DNA from: Somniosus microcephalus
Taxonomy: Eukaryota
DNA length: 64,000 nucleotides
Reading direction: 5' to 3'
NCBI GenBank assembly: GCA_052327205.1
Contig: CM126215.1
Location: forward strand, 79,422,001 to 79,486,000
Made by a program: the position numbers and the translations under genes. Shown here piece by piece: positions 1-12,700 of this stretch (its first letter is position 1; every line of letters starts with the position of its first letter). A model generated the notes under the pieces. The model saw only the letters and a list, made by a program, of their open reading frames with translations, had not been told where the DNA came from and made no database searches.

Positions 1-1205
1 GAGAGAGTAGACAAGGGTAATGTAGTAGATGTAACTTATCTAGATTTTCAAAAGGCTTTCGATAAGGTACCACATAATAGACTAATGAATAAGGTCAGGG
101 AATGCGGAGTCAGGGGACAAGTAGCAGAACGGATAGAGGGCTAGCTTCAAGACAGAAAGCAGAGAGTAGGAGTAAAGGGTAGCTATTCAGAGTAGCAGAA
201 GGTGGGGAGTGATGTTCCACCAGGATCAGTGCTAGGACCACTGTTGTTCACAATTTATATTAACAATTTAGACTTTGGAATCAAAAACATAATTTCTAAA
301 TTTGCGGACGACACCAAATTGGGGGGATAGTCAATACTGAGGAGGACTGCAACAAATTACAAGAAGACATTAATAAGCTTGCAGAATGGGCATATAATTG
401 GCAAATTAAATTCAACACAGATAAATGTGAGGTATTACATTTTGGTAAGAAAAATAGGGAGGTCACATATTGCTTGGAAAATAAGAATCTAAATGGGGTG
501 GAGGAGCAAAGGGATCTCAGAGTACAAATACACAAATCACTAAAAGTATCAACACAGATTAACAAGGCCATAAAAAAAGCCATCCAAGCATTAGGGTTTA
601 TTTCTAGAGGGATAGAATTGAAAAGTAGTGAAGTTATGCTAAACTTGTAGCGAACCTTGGTTAGACCACAATTGGAGTACGGCGTACAATTCTGGTTGAC
701 ATATTATAAAAAGGATATAGAGGCACTGAAGAGGGTGCAGAGAAGATTTACAAGGATGATACCAGAAATGTGCGGGTATACCTATCAGGAAAGGATGAAC
801 AGGCTGGGTCTCTTTTCTCTTGAAAAGAGAAGGCTGAGGGGTGACCTAATGGCGGTCTTTAAAATCATGAAAGGATTTGATAGAGTAGATACAGAGAGAG
901 TGTTTCCATTTGTGGGGAAGAGCAAAACTAGAGGCCATCAATATAGGATAGTCACCAAGAAATCAAATAGGGAATTCAGAAGAAACTTCTTTACCCAGAG
1001 AGTGGTGAGAATGTGGAACTCGCTACCACAGGGAGTGGTTGAAGCGAATAGTATAGATGCATTTAAGGGGAGGCTAGACAAGCATATGGGAGAGAAGGGA
1101 ATAGAGGGTTATGCTGATAGATTTAGATGAGGAAAGACGGGAGGAGGCTCGAGTGGAGCATAAACGCCGGCATGGACTGGTTGGGCCGAACGGACTGTTC
1201 TGTTT
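1..1205 (+). mobile_element. CR1-type LINE, 3' part of ORF2 (RT, degenerate) plus 3' UTR
   Basis: Motifs DFQKAFDKV and FADD; C-terminal ORF 657-1130 (RPQLEY..QFW, FFTQRVVRMWNSLP); several stops; CR1-type 3' end gggccgaacgg. Confidence 0.92.
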
Positions 1206-2164
1206 TCTTAAACCCCTTCAAATTGCTCTTCAGAACTTGCCCTTGTTTTTTACCATCTCCCATAACTCTTCTTTGGTATCCAAAGCAAGTTGTTATTGGC
1301 TGTCCACACCTGTAGAACTGTTCCCCAGCATGAGTCACCACCTTCAGAGTAGGAAAAGGGCAGGAATATGAAAAGCATCCTTTCAGTAAATTTTTACATG
1401 AGGGTGCTTATTGACTCCTTTAATCAACTTGGAAATTGGTTCATTGGACCAACGTGGTAACTGATCGGAGGGTACGCTGAGAAATCTCCAGTTGAGCTCA
1501 CCGTTCAGAGGCACATTACATAGTGCATTTATCCTTTGATCCATCAGGGAGCTGCGTCCCTTTGTAAGTGGAAAGATAGATATTGCATTTCCTGCTCACT
1601 AACTCTAAAAATACTCCACTGATGTGATTAACACCATTTAGCCAACAACATATTGATCTTAAAAATAGGTTTGATCTCCACAGGAATAATTAAACAGTGC
1701 AAAAATAGATTTATGTTTTAGAATTGTAATGAAATTGTAAGAGTTTGATTTTTATCCAGCTCAATTTGCATTTTAATTCAGTGTTTTAAAAGATGTTTCC
1801 AAGCTGCCCTAATGGCTCAGACAGAGTGCACCATCCAGTGTGGAACTGAACCATATAGACTGGAAGGTGCAGATTCGATCCCTGTTCTTAGATGGGGTGC
1901 CAATAGGGGTGTTATAATAAGCACGCCCACCTGGATCTATTGAGGGGAAAAATCATGTGTTCCCCTTCCTGATTCTCCCTCAGGATTCCCACTGGAAAAT
2001 ACATGTACATAGACTTCGGGGACAGGATCAGACTTGTTGTGATGGCCATCATGATGAATTAGCCCTTGGCTCTCACTGTCTAAGATTACAGTTGAAGAAA
2101 GGTCACTTGGACAAAGTACCAAAGGGCCACACTGTGGAACTATACCCAGTGTGAGTCACTACTA

Positions 2165-2715
2165 CGACTTCGTATGGCTGATGTAGATGTAGAGCAACAA
2201 CTATAATTTTACATTGAGGTGGTTAAGCCAAATAATTGCATCAGGAGTAGTGGAGTGTATTGCTGTGATGGCTCCTTCCTATTTGTGACTCGGGCATTGA
2301 GTCATTATATGTTCCATGGTCTGTTCTGGGTGACTACAGTCACATACTGGAGAGATTTAAATTCTCCATTTGTGCATCAAGTATCCGGATCTGCCGTGGT
2401 TTGTGCAGATGCGGTTTAGGGTTGCCCATAAGCTTCGCGGAAGATCGAAGCCAGGGATCTTCCGCCTTGGTTCTTTCACAAGGTGTTTGCTTGTGACTTC
2501 TTGTGGACTCCATTCGGCTTTCCAAGAACCATCAGGGTTGACGTCGCATTGTCGAAGGTTCCGCGCGTGGGTCCAAGAGGGCTTGCGCGACTTCAAGCAG
2601 TGGTGGGGGACGTTGTTGAGATCATGGTAGATGGGATGGCGTTGGTTTTCCAAAATTCGCTGGACTTCCCGGAGGCTTGCAGCATCGCGCCGAATGGATG
2701 GGGGAGTGATGTGCA
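2165..2715 (-). mobile_element. Ingi/Vingi-like (I group) LINE 3' fragment
   Basis: Minus ORF 2357-2824 contains ITPPSIRR..HPIY..LKSRKP..PGFDLPRSLWATLNRICTNHGRSGYLMHKW, typical of the C-terminus of this clade; ends in ...gccatacg near 2170. Confidence 0.65.
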
Positions 2716-3084
2716 GCGATGAGTCACTGATTTCATGAAGGACATAGGGAGAGAATTGAAAGAGGAACAAAATTGCATAAAGCCCAGGGCACCAGTTTCT
2801 CCCCTCCGCTACTGAAGTCATCATGGAAGCTACTTTAGTGCTAATTTTGATATTCAGTCACACTGTGCGGTGTGTTTTATAGTGTTAATGCTAATAAGGT
2901 AGCATGTAGTTAACAATTTCACATCAGTCAGTCAGCATTTGAAACAAAATGCACAGACGCTCTGGTGTTATTTGGAGTGCTGCCAGATTGAAATGATTTT
3001 GTATAAAAATAATCTTACAGATAAAGTTGCCAGCCAAATATCTATGTCACAGTAAGATGAGAAATAGTAAAGTGGTACTCATAC

Positions 3085-3259
3085 CTGAGATCGATCTGTT
3101 GTACTTTTCAGTGAAAGGACTGGATCTCTTTCAGAAATCATGACTTTAAATTTAACTTTTTACCCAAACATAATGGCCCAGAAAATCCATGCCGGTGTTG
3201 CACATACCTGGAGGTAGGACTTCCACCCACCAATCACCTGCAGCGTTGCAGTGTTGACC
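3085..3259 (-). other. Candidate minus-strand exon of an unidentified transcript
   Basis: Acceptor ctgactttgtgttttctcacag ends at 3260; two CAG|gtatg donors at 3208 and 3085; the sequence is not recognisably repetitive. No recognisable protein. Confidence 0.3.
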
Positions 3260-3456
3260 CTGTGAGAAAACACAAAGTCAGCTCATTTAAATACCTACTG
3301 GGTTTTTAGCAACACAAGAGTACTGTGCTGGGTGGGGTGGGGTGCGGGGGGGGCGGAGGGGCAGGGGTTTGGGGGCGGATGCAACTTTACATGGCAGGCC
3401 TTTAAAAAGCCTAGAATGGGTGAAGATTGAAGCAGCTGAAGGAGCAGCAGATAAGT

Positions 3457-3770
3457 ACGACAACAACTTGCAATTATATTGCGCCTTTAACATAAAGAAG
3501 TCCCAAAGTGCTTCACAGAAGCGTAATTCAGACAAATATCAATGCCGAGCCAGATAAAGAGATATTAGAGATGACTAAAAGCTTGGTCAAAGAGGTGGGT
3601 TTTAAGAAAGGTCTCAAAGGAGGACAGGGAAGTGGTAAGACGGAAAGGTTAAGGGGGAAAATTCCAGAGCTTGGGGCCTAGATGGCTGAAGACACAGCCA
3701 TGAATGGTGGGGCGAATGTAGGGGCAAACACAAGAGGACAAATTTGGAGGAATGCAGGGATTGGAGAAGA
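3457..3770 (-). mobile_element. L2-like LINE 3' fragment
   Basis: Tail aacttgca(a/t)ttata..gcgcctt is shared with the DeuSINE tails in this window, followed by aaagcttggtcaaagaggtgggttttaag. Confidence 0.55.
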
Positions 3771-4030
3771 ATTTCCCAGATTTTTTTCCTGAATTGACCT
3801 AGGGGTTTTCTCTGGTTATTCTGGCAGTCTCAGGAGATTACGTGGTTGCTAGTGGGTGTAAGGAAATAGGGGTCATGATGCTCAGTTGCTCAATGGCAGT
3901 ATGGGACAGGCTCAATGGACCAGCTGATTTTTGTATTTTCATATTTACTAACCATTCGTAGTCTATGACATAAAAGTCATGGCCTTCCTAGTTATATCCT
4001 ACCATTCTGAATCCTTACATAAAATTCATA

Positions 4031-4703
4031 GGGGGAGAAATTGGGTAATTCCCCATTAGCTTTTGCGGGAGCACAGAAGAATTGCCAGGCGCTACCCAAT
4101 TGTAATGGACGCGAACTTCCGGTTTTGCACTCCAGGAGGGCAGTGGAGCACTAAATCAAGCGCTATCACTTCCCTCGGAGCGCTAAACCAGGCAAGAGGG
4201 GTGGCAGCGGCAGAACGCTGCACAATGTCCACTGCAGCACTGCCAGGATCAGAGGCTCCTTCCCTCCCTTAAAGGGAAGGGTCATTGCTACAGGCTCCAA
4301 TCAGCGCCGATCAGCCCCAAGCACTCTAACAGAGTGCAGGATTGATCAATCATGACACCTGATGAAATATTTTTCGTCTACCTCACCGGCAATCCCTTTA
4401 ACTACCGCTCCCCAAGCGGCCATCCGTGGTGAAAACGCCTCCTGTAGCTGCCGGTGTTGACGCCGGCGATGCTGCAGGGGGCAGAAGCCAACCGCAGCGG
4501 TACCGGGGTGCTGCACACCGGATGACATCACAATCTCCGGGGTGCAGGAGATCGTGGTGTTAGGGTTTACCACTGCCGCTAACCTGCAGGGGAAGTTCAC
4601 GGGTGTTGGTACTCTTGTCGCACCCGGTCGCAAAGCCGGTAGTGCCCCATTATCGCCCCCAGAGGTGCTAATTGGAGACGCAAACCAGGGGAATTTCTAG
4701 CCC
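4031..4703. mobile_element. PIF/Harbinger-type MITE
   Basis: Imperfect TIRs GGGGGAGAAATT / GGGCTAGAAATT. The 3-bp TSD ATA is restored once the adjacent Gypsy insertion is removed. Confidence 0.7.
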
Positions 4704-4705
4704 AT

Positions 4706-4994
4706 TGTAGGAGTCTACGTACTCCTAGCAAAAAATACTGAACTCGGAGAGGTTCAACAGAAAAGGTTTAATTCTTGAGACGGCATGTTGAACACAAAAT
4801 GGCGTCAGAGCCTACCCCAAGTCTGACTGCTTTTCATCAGTCCACAGCTTCGACTGCTCCTCCCCCGCTCTGGGCTTAACTATGTTGCAGATCGAGTTTC
4901 TTAAAGGTGTGAGCCTTCTTAAAGGCATGACGCCTGATTTATAGTCTACGGACCGAAAAGCGGATTGTGTCCTTTCTGTAGTCGGTACGCCACA
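4706..4994 (-). repeat. 3' LTR of Gypsy element 1
   Basis: Direct repeat of 8855-9143. Confidence 0.96.
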
Positions 4995-7738
4995 CAGCTC
5001 CCCCCAGAATCTGCTAGTAGGGAGTGTACGAACCGGCGTGGTGGCTTGATGGCACGGCCGGAACAGCTCTTGGCGGTTGGTGTCGGGAGCGGGGCGGTCG
5101 GACGCATCGGGCTCTTAGGCGGTCTGCCCCGCGGTGGGGGTTGGCCCACTTGAACGGGTTCGTCGGGCTCTAGGTGCGCCAGCTTGAGCCGGTCGACCAA
5201 CACCTTGTCAGTTCTGCCGCCCACTTCGAGGAGGAAGAACTTGTTCCCCGTCTGGAGTACCTTGTAGGGTCCGTCGTATGGGGGCCGTAGAGGTCCTCGG
5301 TGGGCGTCATGACGCACAAAAACAAATTTGGCCATGTGCAGGCTAGGTGGTACGCGGGTTGCTGGTTCGCCATGCCGGCCGGTGGGTACCGGAGCGAACT
5401 GTTGTGCTCGGTTGGCGAAAGCGCGGCGTTGCTGGTCAGCCGACCAGGGGGTCGTGGCGGTGGGCAGGAACTCTCCGGGTACGCGCAGCGGCTGGCCGTA
5501 CACGAGTTCCGCCGCCGAGGCTTGCAGGTCTTCCTTGACCGCGGAGCGTAGGCCAAGTAGCACCCACGGGAGGCGGTCGATCCAAGCCTCGTCCTCGAGG
5601 CTGGCGCGGAGGGACGCCTTCATGGACCTGTGGAATCGCTCGCACAGTCCGTTGGCTTGGGGGTGGTAAGCCGTGGTGCGGTGAACGGCCACCCCGAGGT
5701 TTCGGGCGATGGCGGCCCACAGATCAGAGGTGAACTGCGGGCTTCTATCAGACGTCATGTCGGAGGGGACGCCGAACCGAGCGACCCAGGTACCGATGAA
5801 CGCCCTCGCGATGTCGGCGGTGGTGGTGGACGTCAGTGGAATGGCCTCAGGCCAGCGGGTGGTACGGTCCACGATTGGCAGCAGGTGCGTGTGACCTTGT
5901 GATAGCGGCAGGGGGCTGACGAGGTCGATGTGGACGTGGTCAAACCTTCTTTCTGGCACGGTGAACTCCTCGAGTGGGGCTTTGATGTGCTGGTGGATTT
6001 TGGCATGCTGGCAAGCTATGCAGGATCTGGACCAGACGCGCACATCTTTGCGCAGGCCGCGCCAGACAAATCGGTTGGCCACCAGTCTAATGGACGCGCG
6101 GGTGCCGGGGTGTGAGAGGCCGTGGACGATGTCGAACACCCGTTTTCGCCAGGACGCCGGGACTACGGGGCAGGGTTGCGCCAAGGAGGTGTCGCATTTG
6201 ACTGTGACGGCGGACGGGCCGCAGGCGACGTCGGCCAGTCGCAGCCCTGGGAGGGTTGTGGGCGCGGAGAGCAGATCGGGGTCGGTGCGTTGCTCCGCTG
6301 CCAGTTGAGCATAGTCCACTGCCAGGTGGGCGCCATGGACGGCGGGGCAGGATAGGCAGTCGGCCACCACGTTGTCTCGACCGGAGACGTGCCGGATGTC
6401 CGTGGTGAATTCGGACACCGCGGCGAGCTGGCGTTGTTGCCTGGCTGACCACGGGTCCGCAGATTTCGCCATCGCGAATGTCAGGGGTTTGTGGTCGACA
6501 AACGCGGTGAAGGGGCGGCCCTCCAGAAGAAATCTAAAATGGCGGACTGCCAGGTACAGTGCGAGGAGCTCGCGGTCAAAGGTGCTGTATTTGGCCTCCG
6601 GGGGGCGCAGTTGGCGGCTGAAAAAGGCCAGCGGTTGCCAGGCCCCGTTGACCCACTGTTCGTACACGGCGCCGACCGCGTGGTCGGAGGTGTCCGTGGT
6701 GAGGGCCACCCTGGCGTTGGGCTGTGGGTGAGCGAGCATGGTGGCGTCGGCGAGCGCCTTTTTGGTCGAGTCAAAAGCGGTCAACATGTCCGCCGACCAC
6801 TCGATCGCCATTCTGTCTTTCTTACCCCGGAGGGCTTCGTATAGGGGCCGCATGAGGGAGGCCGCTCCGGGAATGAAGCGGTTGTAAAAGTTGATCATCC
6901 CCAAGAACTCCTGGAGGCCTTTGATGGTGGTAGGCCGGGGGAACTGCTGGACGGCTTGCACCTTGGCGGGCAGGGGAATGGCTCCATCCTGCGTGATGTG
7001 GTGGCCGAGGAATTCGATCCTGCTGAGGCCGAATTGGCACTTGGCTGGGCTGATGATGAGCCCGTGCTCACTGAGCCGCTGGAACAGGGTGCGGAGGTGC
7101 TCGATGTGTTCCTGCTTGGAGGAACTAGCTACCAGGATGTCATCCAGGTAGACAAAGAGGAACTTCAGGTCCCGGAGGACCGAGTCCATGAGCCGCTGGA
7201 AGGCCTGGGCCGCGTTTTTGAGGCCGAAGGGCATTCGGAGGAACTCGAATAGCCCAAAAGGGGTGATTATGGCCGTCTTGGGAACGTCCGTGGGGTGGAC
7301 TGGCACCTGATGGTAACCGCGCACCAGGTCGACTTTGGAGAAGACTGAGCGGCCGGCCAGTCTAGCCGAGAAGTCTTGAATGTGCGGTATGGGGTACCGA
7401 TCCGGCGTGGTGGCGTCGTTTAGGTGCCGGTAGTCCCCGCAGGGGCGCCATCCCCCGTCGGGTTTGGGGACGATGTGTAGTGGGGAGGCCCAGGGGCTGT
7501 TGGAGCGGCGGATGATGCCGAGCTGTTCCATTGTGGCGAACTTGGCCCGCGCGATCTCCAGCTTGGCCGGGTCCAGCCTGCGGGCGTGGGCATACACCGG
7601 TGGGCCTGTGGTGGGGATGAAGTGTTCTACCCCGTGCTTAGCAACATTCGCGGAGAAGGTCGGGTTGGTGAGGGCTGGGAACTCAGCCAGGAGTGCTGAG
7701 TAGTCGTCCGTTGAACGGGCACGGCACTGCCACGCCAT
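4946..7738 (-). CDS. pol: Gypsy Pol (RT, RNase H, integrase), uninterrupted 930 aa
   Basis: MPFGLKNA and YLDD (RT); TDTS..GAV and DHKPL (RNase H); HGLSH..CIAC zinc finger, HIDL..SDR..ERFH DDE core and GPY motif (integrase). Confidence 0.93.
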   Translation of the reverse strand: MAWQCRARSTDDYSALLAEFPALTNPTFSANVAKHGVEHFIPTTGPPVYAHARRLDPAKLEIARAKFATMEQLGIIRRSNSPWASPLHIVPKPDGGWRPCGDYRHLNDATTPDRYPIPHIQDFSARLAGRSVFSKVDLVRGYHQVPVHPTDVPKTAIITPFGLFEFLRMPFGLKNAAQAFQRLMDSVLRDLKFLFVYLDDILVASSSKQEHIEHLRTLFQRLSEHGLIISPAKCQFGLSRIEFLGHHITQDGAIPLPAKVQAVQQFPRPTTIKGLQEFLGMINFYNRFIPGAASLMRPLYEALRGKKDRMAIEWSADMLTAFDSTKKALADATMLAHPQPNARVALTTDTSDHAVGAVYEQWVNGAWQPLAFFSRQLRPPEAKYSTFDRELLALYLAVRHFRFLLEGRPFTAFVDHKPLTFAMAKSADPWSARQQRQLAAVSEFTTDIRHVSGRDNVVADCLSCPAVHGAHLAVDYAQLAAEQRTDPDLLSAPTTLPGLRLADVACGPSAVTVKCDTSLAQPCPVVPASWRKRVFDIVHGLSHPGTRASIRLVANRFVWRGLRKDVRVWSRSCIACQHAKIHQHIKAPLEEFTVPERRFDHVHIDLVSPLPLSQGHTHLLPIVDRTTRWPEAIPLTSTTTADIARAFIGTWVARFGVPSDMTSDRSPQFTSDLWAAIARNLGVAVHRTTAYHPQANGLCERFHRSMKASLRASLEDEAWIDRLPWVLLGLRSAVKEDLQASAAELVYGQPLRVPGEFLPTATTPWSADQQRRAFANRAQQFAPVPTGRHGEPATRVPPSLHMAKFVFVRHDAHRGPLRPPYDGPYKVLQTGNKFFLLEVGGRTDKVLVDRLKLAHLEPDEPVQVGQPPPRGRPPKSPMRPTAPLPTPTAKSCSGRAIKPPRRFVHSLLADSGGSCVAYRLQKGHNPLFGP

Positions 7739-8814
7739 TTCGGCAGGTTGGGGGGGGCCATGGCGCCCGGGATAGGTGACATTGTGTTAATGTCCACGAG
7801 GCGGCGCCGAGGCATGTCGACCAACAGGCCGTGGGCGCACAGGAAATCCGCACCGAGGAGCGGGGAGAGCACCTTGGCGGTGATAAACTCCCAGTGGTAG
7901 CGGCAGCCTGCGAGGTCGACGGTGACGGTGCCGTACGTCTGGATGTCGGTGCCGTTGGCGGCAGCCAGCGCAGGGCCGCGGCCGCCTCGCTGGATCTCGA
8001 GGGCGGACGCGGGGATGATGCTGCGCTGCGCGCCCGTGTCGCATAGGAAACGGCGTCCGGAGGCGCTGTCCGTAACGTACAGCAGCGCGGCTGCTTGCCC
8101 CACGGCCATCGTGTAGGCCGGTGTGGGGGCGGTTGGAAATGTGCAGGGATGGCTGCAGCGGCGTGCCCGTGCGCCGAACCGGGTATGGAAGTAGCAGTAG
8201 CCCTGGGTCGGAGGGCTTGGGGGACGTGGGGGCCTGGGGGGCCTTGCGGCCGAGCTGTGTGGCCGCGCGATAGAGGGTGGAGCGCGCGCCGACGCTGCGG
8301 AGGCCAGGTCGGGGGTGACGGCGTGGTTGGAGCCGGCGGACAGGAGCTTATCGGCTTCGTCGGCCAGGACCTCGAGGTCCGTGAGGCTGGACGCCACGAT
8401 CGCCGGGCGGATGCTGGGAGGTAGTTGGCAAATAAAGAGCGTGCGGAAGAGGGAGCCGGGCGGTTTCTCGTCGGTCAGAGCAAGCATGTGTGAGAGCAAG
8501 TCTGACGGCGTGGAGTCACCGAGGCCCGGGAGGTCGAGGAGGTGGCAGTTGCGCAAAAATTGGGAGGCTGTGAATTTTTTAAGGAGCGCGGCCTTGAGAT
8601 GTGCATACTTGCCTTCCTCCGAAGGGTTTTGTAGTGTTGTCCAGACTTTCGTGATTGTGGAGCTGCCCAGGGAGGCGAGGAGGTAGTCGTACATCGTTGC
8701 GTCGGCGGTGATGTCGCGGAGTCGGAATTGCGATTCGGCTTGAAGGAACCAGGCGGTGGCTAGGTTCTCCCAGAACTCCGGCAGCTTCACAGAAACTGCG
8801 TTTGTGTCAGCCAT
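7627..8814 (-). CDS. gag: Gypsy Gag plus aspartic protease
   Basis: [20 protein letters not shown]-terminus, [11 protein letters not shown] Cys/His motif, FLCDTGA protease; joins pol by a -1 shift at a C8 run (7750-7757). Confidence 0.88.
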   Translation of the reverse strand: MADTNAVSVKLPEFWENLATAWFLQAESQFRLRDITADATMYDYLLASLGSSTITKVWTTLQNPSEEGKYAHLKAALLKKFTASQFLRNCHLLDLPGLGDSTPSDLLSHMLALTDEKPPGSLFRTLFICQLPPSIRPAIVASSLTDLEVLADEADKLLSAGSNHAVTPDLASAASARAPPSIARPHSSAARPPRPPRPPSPPTQGYCYFHTRFGARARRCSHPCTFPTAPTPAYTMAVGQAAALLYVTDSASGRRFLCDTGAQRSIIPASALEIQRGGRGPALAAANGTDIQTYGTVTVDLAGCRYHWEFITAKVLSPLLGADFLCAHGLLVDMPRRRLVDINTMSPIPGAMAPPNLPKWRGSAVPVQRTTTQHSWLSSQPSPTRPSPRMLLSTG

Positions 8815-8839
8815 GGTTACGCTTAGGAGTCGTCCTGAG

Positions 8840-8853
8840 CGTCGGGGTCACCA
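8840..8853 (-). promoter_or_regulatory. Primer-binding site, tRNA-Trp type
   Basis: Minus strand TGGTGACCCCGACG lies next to the 5' LTR and is complementary to the vertebrate tRNA-Trp 3' end (..CGTCGGGGTCACCA). Confidence 0.85.
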
Positions 8854-8854
8854 A

Positions 8855-9143
8855 TGTAGGAGTCTACGTACTCCTAGCAAAAAATACTGAACTTGGAGAG
8901 GTTCAACAGAAAAGGTTTAATTCTTGAGACTGCATGTTGAACACAAAATGGCGTCAGAGCCTACCCCAAGTCTGACTGCTTTTCATCAGTCCACAGCTTC
9001 GACTGCTCCTCCCCCGCTCTGGGCTTAACTATGTTGCAGATCGAGTTTCTTAAAGGTGTGATCCTTCTTAAAGGCATGACGCCTGATTTATAGTCTACGG
9101 ACCGAAAAGCGGATTGTGTCCTTTCTGTGGTCGGTACGCCACA
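8855..9143 (-). repeat. 5' LTR of Gypsy element 1
   Basis: Direct repeat of 4706-4994, adjacent to the PBS. Confidence 0.96.
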
Positions 9144-10331
9144 CCATATCCTTTAATGTTTACCAATTGCAAGAACGGAGGATATATGTAACACTGAGAA
9201 TGCAATCAACACCACAATTCACTCCTTTGCGTGTCTAGTCCTAATAAAAAAGAAAAAAAGACTTGCATTTACAAATACTATTCAATTAGACCTGCCCTAA
9301 TGCATGAGGCTTTATTTGATGACAGATTTTACCATGGCATTATGTAGAGCTAAGCAGCATGTTAATGATGATCTTTTAATCCATCCTCTACAACATCTAT
9401 GGAACCCTTGATGAGTGGTGAAGTTCTGCAACATAGAGCCCACTAAAAAATATCTACAAGACCTTCTAATTACTGTGGTGCACTGCCAGATAAATGAAAT
9501 CATCATTTAACTGAACGCAACTTCAAAGATACTTTCATTTACATGATAAGTAGAGTGATGTGACTAATTATATCGCTGTTAGCAGGAATTTCTAGATGTA
9601 AAGAGAGTTAACAGCAAGAACCTCAGATGAAATTTGCCAACTATTCATAATGGCTGAGATTTGCTTTGGACCCCTGCAAATGAATAATTGAGATAAAGTA
9701 TAAGTCATGGCTATACCCACATATCATGCAGTGAGCGAAACAAGCTTCCATTGGTTTTCAGTACCTATCTGACAGATATTACTGTAGGCATTTTAGACTG
9801 AGAATGGAGACAATTCTTGATTTTAAAGAGAAATTTAAAACAACAGTAGACAGGTCAATCTTGCTAGGATCAGTAAAGGTCACAGTAATACTCAGCTTCT
9901 ATGCCACTAGGACCCTACTAGTGATTCAATCTGACAAAGTCTTTTACATCCTATATATTCATCTAGTTGGATCATTTCCTGTTGTATAAGTAAACTAGGT
10001 AAGTAAAGAAGTGCTGTGAATTTTGGGTGCAGTAAATTATACCCACAGCTCTGGAAATAAATAGCATAACTATAAATTTGTACACTTTGTCCTTGTGTCT
10101 TTCAAGTCCCAGATAAACAGATACAATGTCCTGCACCTATCACCTGATTACACATGACAGTCTGCCTGGCATTAAAAGAAAATGACATAGAAGTTGATCT
10201 GTCTGATATATTTATTGCATTTTATCTTTTATATAGAGCTAAATAACTAAATCAGGAATATTAGACTTGCAACAAAGAATGTATACTCTTCTAGTCTTGC
10301 CTTAGCCCTACATGTTTCTGTAAAAATATAC

Positions 10332-12700
10332 GGGGCTAAATTTCCCTCTGAATCGCTGACTGTTTTGGTGGGGCGGGGTTGGACATGCTAAACTGAGTAA
10401 AATGGAGCCGTAAGGCCTTCTGCCTCAATCCACCCAAATTGTCCTCTGAGAAAAATACCATTGCTCTTTAACGCCCAGCTGGAGCCCACCTCAACACATT
10501 TAATTGGGATCGGGTAGGTGGGTGTGATCAACACTGCTTCTCAATTTCCCCCAATTACCGCCTCAATATAAGTGGTGGCATGAGCAGCGCAGTGGTACCC
10601 CCGAGGGAGATACCACATTGAGGAGATAATTTTGTTTGCTGGAGCTGAAGGTTTGTATTCCTTTGCCTGCATACCAGTTATAGCTTTGTAGGTATTCTCC
10701 AGGTACTGTCAGCACGTTTACATCAATATTTAGTTAGCTCTGAAGAAAATATAATTTTAAACTAGGGACTTTGTTTTCCCAAATGGAAATTCCTCTATTC
10801 CTATGTTTTGAAGAAGAAGAGGCGGATATGAAAAAGGCTAGACTGGAAGTGCTTCGAAGTAGGCATCACAGAAGACATTTGTTCCCTACGATAGATACCC
10901 ACTCACCAGGGTTTACAGCTCTAGGAGATCTTAGTTAGATATCTTTGCATGTTAGTGCCTTCTAAGGCTATATTTCCTCCTGGAGGCAATTGAGGAAACA
11001 TGTCAATTGCTGGCTAAAGGCCTGTAGCCCACTTCCACTTTCTGCAGGCTGCAAGTCTTTCAAGCAGTCTTCATCCAGTGTCACCTCATTGTAAGAACCT
11101 CTCTCACCATTGACAGAATGCTTCTGCCATCTCTACTTCACCTGCCATCTATTCCATCAACATGGGTACCGTTTATACTGTCTCACCTTGGTCCTCAGAA
11201 TCGGACCACGATGAGGCCCAACACCAGCAGCACCAACAACAACACCAACCTTCTCCGCAATCACCTGATGCTGCACAAGACACAGGGCATCATCACCTGA
11301 CCACATTGCTGCCTGGGAGGCCAGGGATGGCCTCATCATGGCCAGATCTAGTTAACTTTATACTGTACACCCATATGGCTGCCACATGATGCGCCAGGTT
11401 GGCACCACCCCACACCAACACCATAAAGCATCCCAACAATGACCAAGCCATTCCTTTCACACTCAACACCATTGCAGGGATTACCGTTACTTCACACCAT
11501 TCACTGCAACTCACTAAGCCACTTCCAAAGGTGCACACAAATCTGTCCAAGATCGGAAAGTGTTGAAAATAAAGATTTTTATGTTTCACACCACATTAAC
11601 AGAAACTTTATGTAAACATTTGATAACACACTTTGGTGGCTACCCTTGTGTGTTGTTAGTTGGTATGATTGCACTAGGATGAGGGTGAGTGTGAGGGGTG
11701 GCTAGTGAGATGGGAATGTAATAAGGTAGATAGAGTGAAAGGGATGGGTGGAGGTGCAAGGTAAGTTGGTGTGAGTAAGGATGTGCAGGAGTAGGGAAGG
11801 GAAGGCAGAGCGATGGGGATGTGATGAGAGGTTCAGCAGGATGAAGGTGCGTGTGGCTTTGTACTAACATTTCCTGATCTAATGAGATCATTGAAACATT
11901 TGCGGCACTGTACCCAGGTCCTCCTGACCACATCCCTGCTTGTGACCTCCTCTGCAATCTGCAACCATAAGCATATGGAGGGAGTCATCGGAGAACCTAG
12001 GTGCAGCTCTCTGCCTCTGTGCAGCCATTGTCAGTGTTTGCAGCACTCCAATGCTGTAGTGCACTGACAGCAATATGTTAGACTAAACTTCAAATCTAAT
12101 GTGGCCATGGTCTCTTTAAAGATCCCGGCTGAAAACGCGTCATGAATGACGTCACCAGACCCACTCCATCTAATTGGGCTGGGTAACACGCTGGGTGGGC
12201 TTAATAGGCCCAATTAAGGCAAGTTCATTTTCAACAGCGGGATGGAGCCAGCAGCGGGGTCGTGCCCCACCACCGACACTGCCCGCACCAGACCCGCCCA
12301 GGTAGGCAAAATTCCGGCCATGTTGAATGATTGATTGGCGATCAGGACCATCTATCCCCTGTAATCATGACATAAGTCTAGTATGGCTTCCGCAGACAAA
12401 GGTTTACAACAGATATAATGAGGCCCATGGAACTGCAAAAAGTGTGATAGGGCAGATTGGCATTCTGAAGTGTCATTTTAGATGCCTGGATAAATCTAGT
12501 GGAACTCTGCAATACAACACAGCCACAGTCTCCAGAATCATTGTCGCTCACAGTGTGCTACATAATATGGCAATGAAGAATGGCTTACTTGTTCCAGCAG
12601 CTGCAGGGTATGATGAAGAAGATGGAGGGGAAGGACTTCCACCCCCACAGCAACCCACAGCATGAGCAGTAATTCAAGGGTCTTTATAATGATGAGTGAT
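10332..12700 (+). mobile_element. Old Harbinger relic with transposase remnants
   Basis: TIR-like ggggctaaattt at 10332; HARBI1-like remnants near 10900-11030 and 12327-12665 (YNEAH..IGILKCHFRCLD..GTLQY..VLHNMA). Right end not found. Confidence 0.65.
11090..12319. mobile_element. Nested Harbinger deletion derivative
   Basis: TIR aaaattccggcc ends at 12319; minus-strand Myb start MAAQRQRAAPRFSDDSL near 12027; plus-strand Gln-rich MGTVY.. segment (11162) resembling a transposase N-terminus. Left end approximate. Confidence 0.6.

Larger units (their letters stand above)
4706..9143 (-). mobile_element. Full-length Gypsy (Metaviridae) LTR retrotransposon, 4438 bp, recent
   Basis: Two 289-bp TG..CA LTRs with 4 mismatches counted; 4-bp TSD CCAT (4702-4705, 9144-9147); PBS; G-rich PPT next to 4995; domain order gag-PR-RT-RH-IN. 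Confidence 0.97.

Noticed and set aside
4965-8686. Many overlapping antisense and alternate-frame ORFs in Gypsy 1
   Set aside because: Expected in GC-rich coding DNA; no recognisable motifs.
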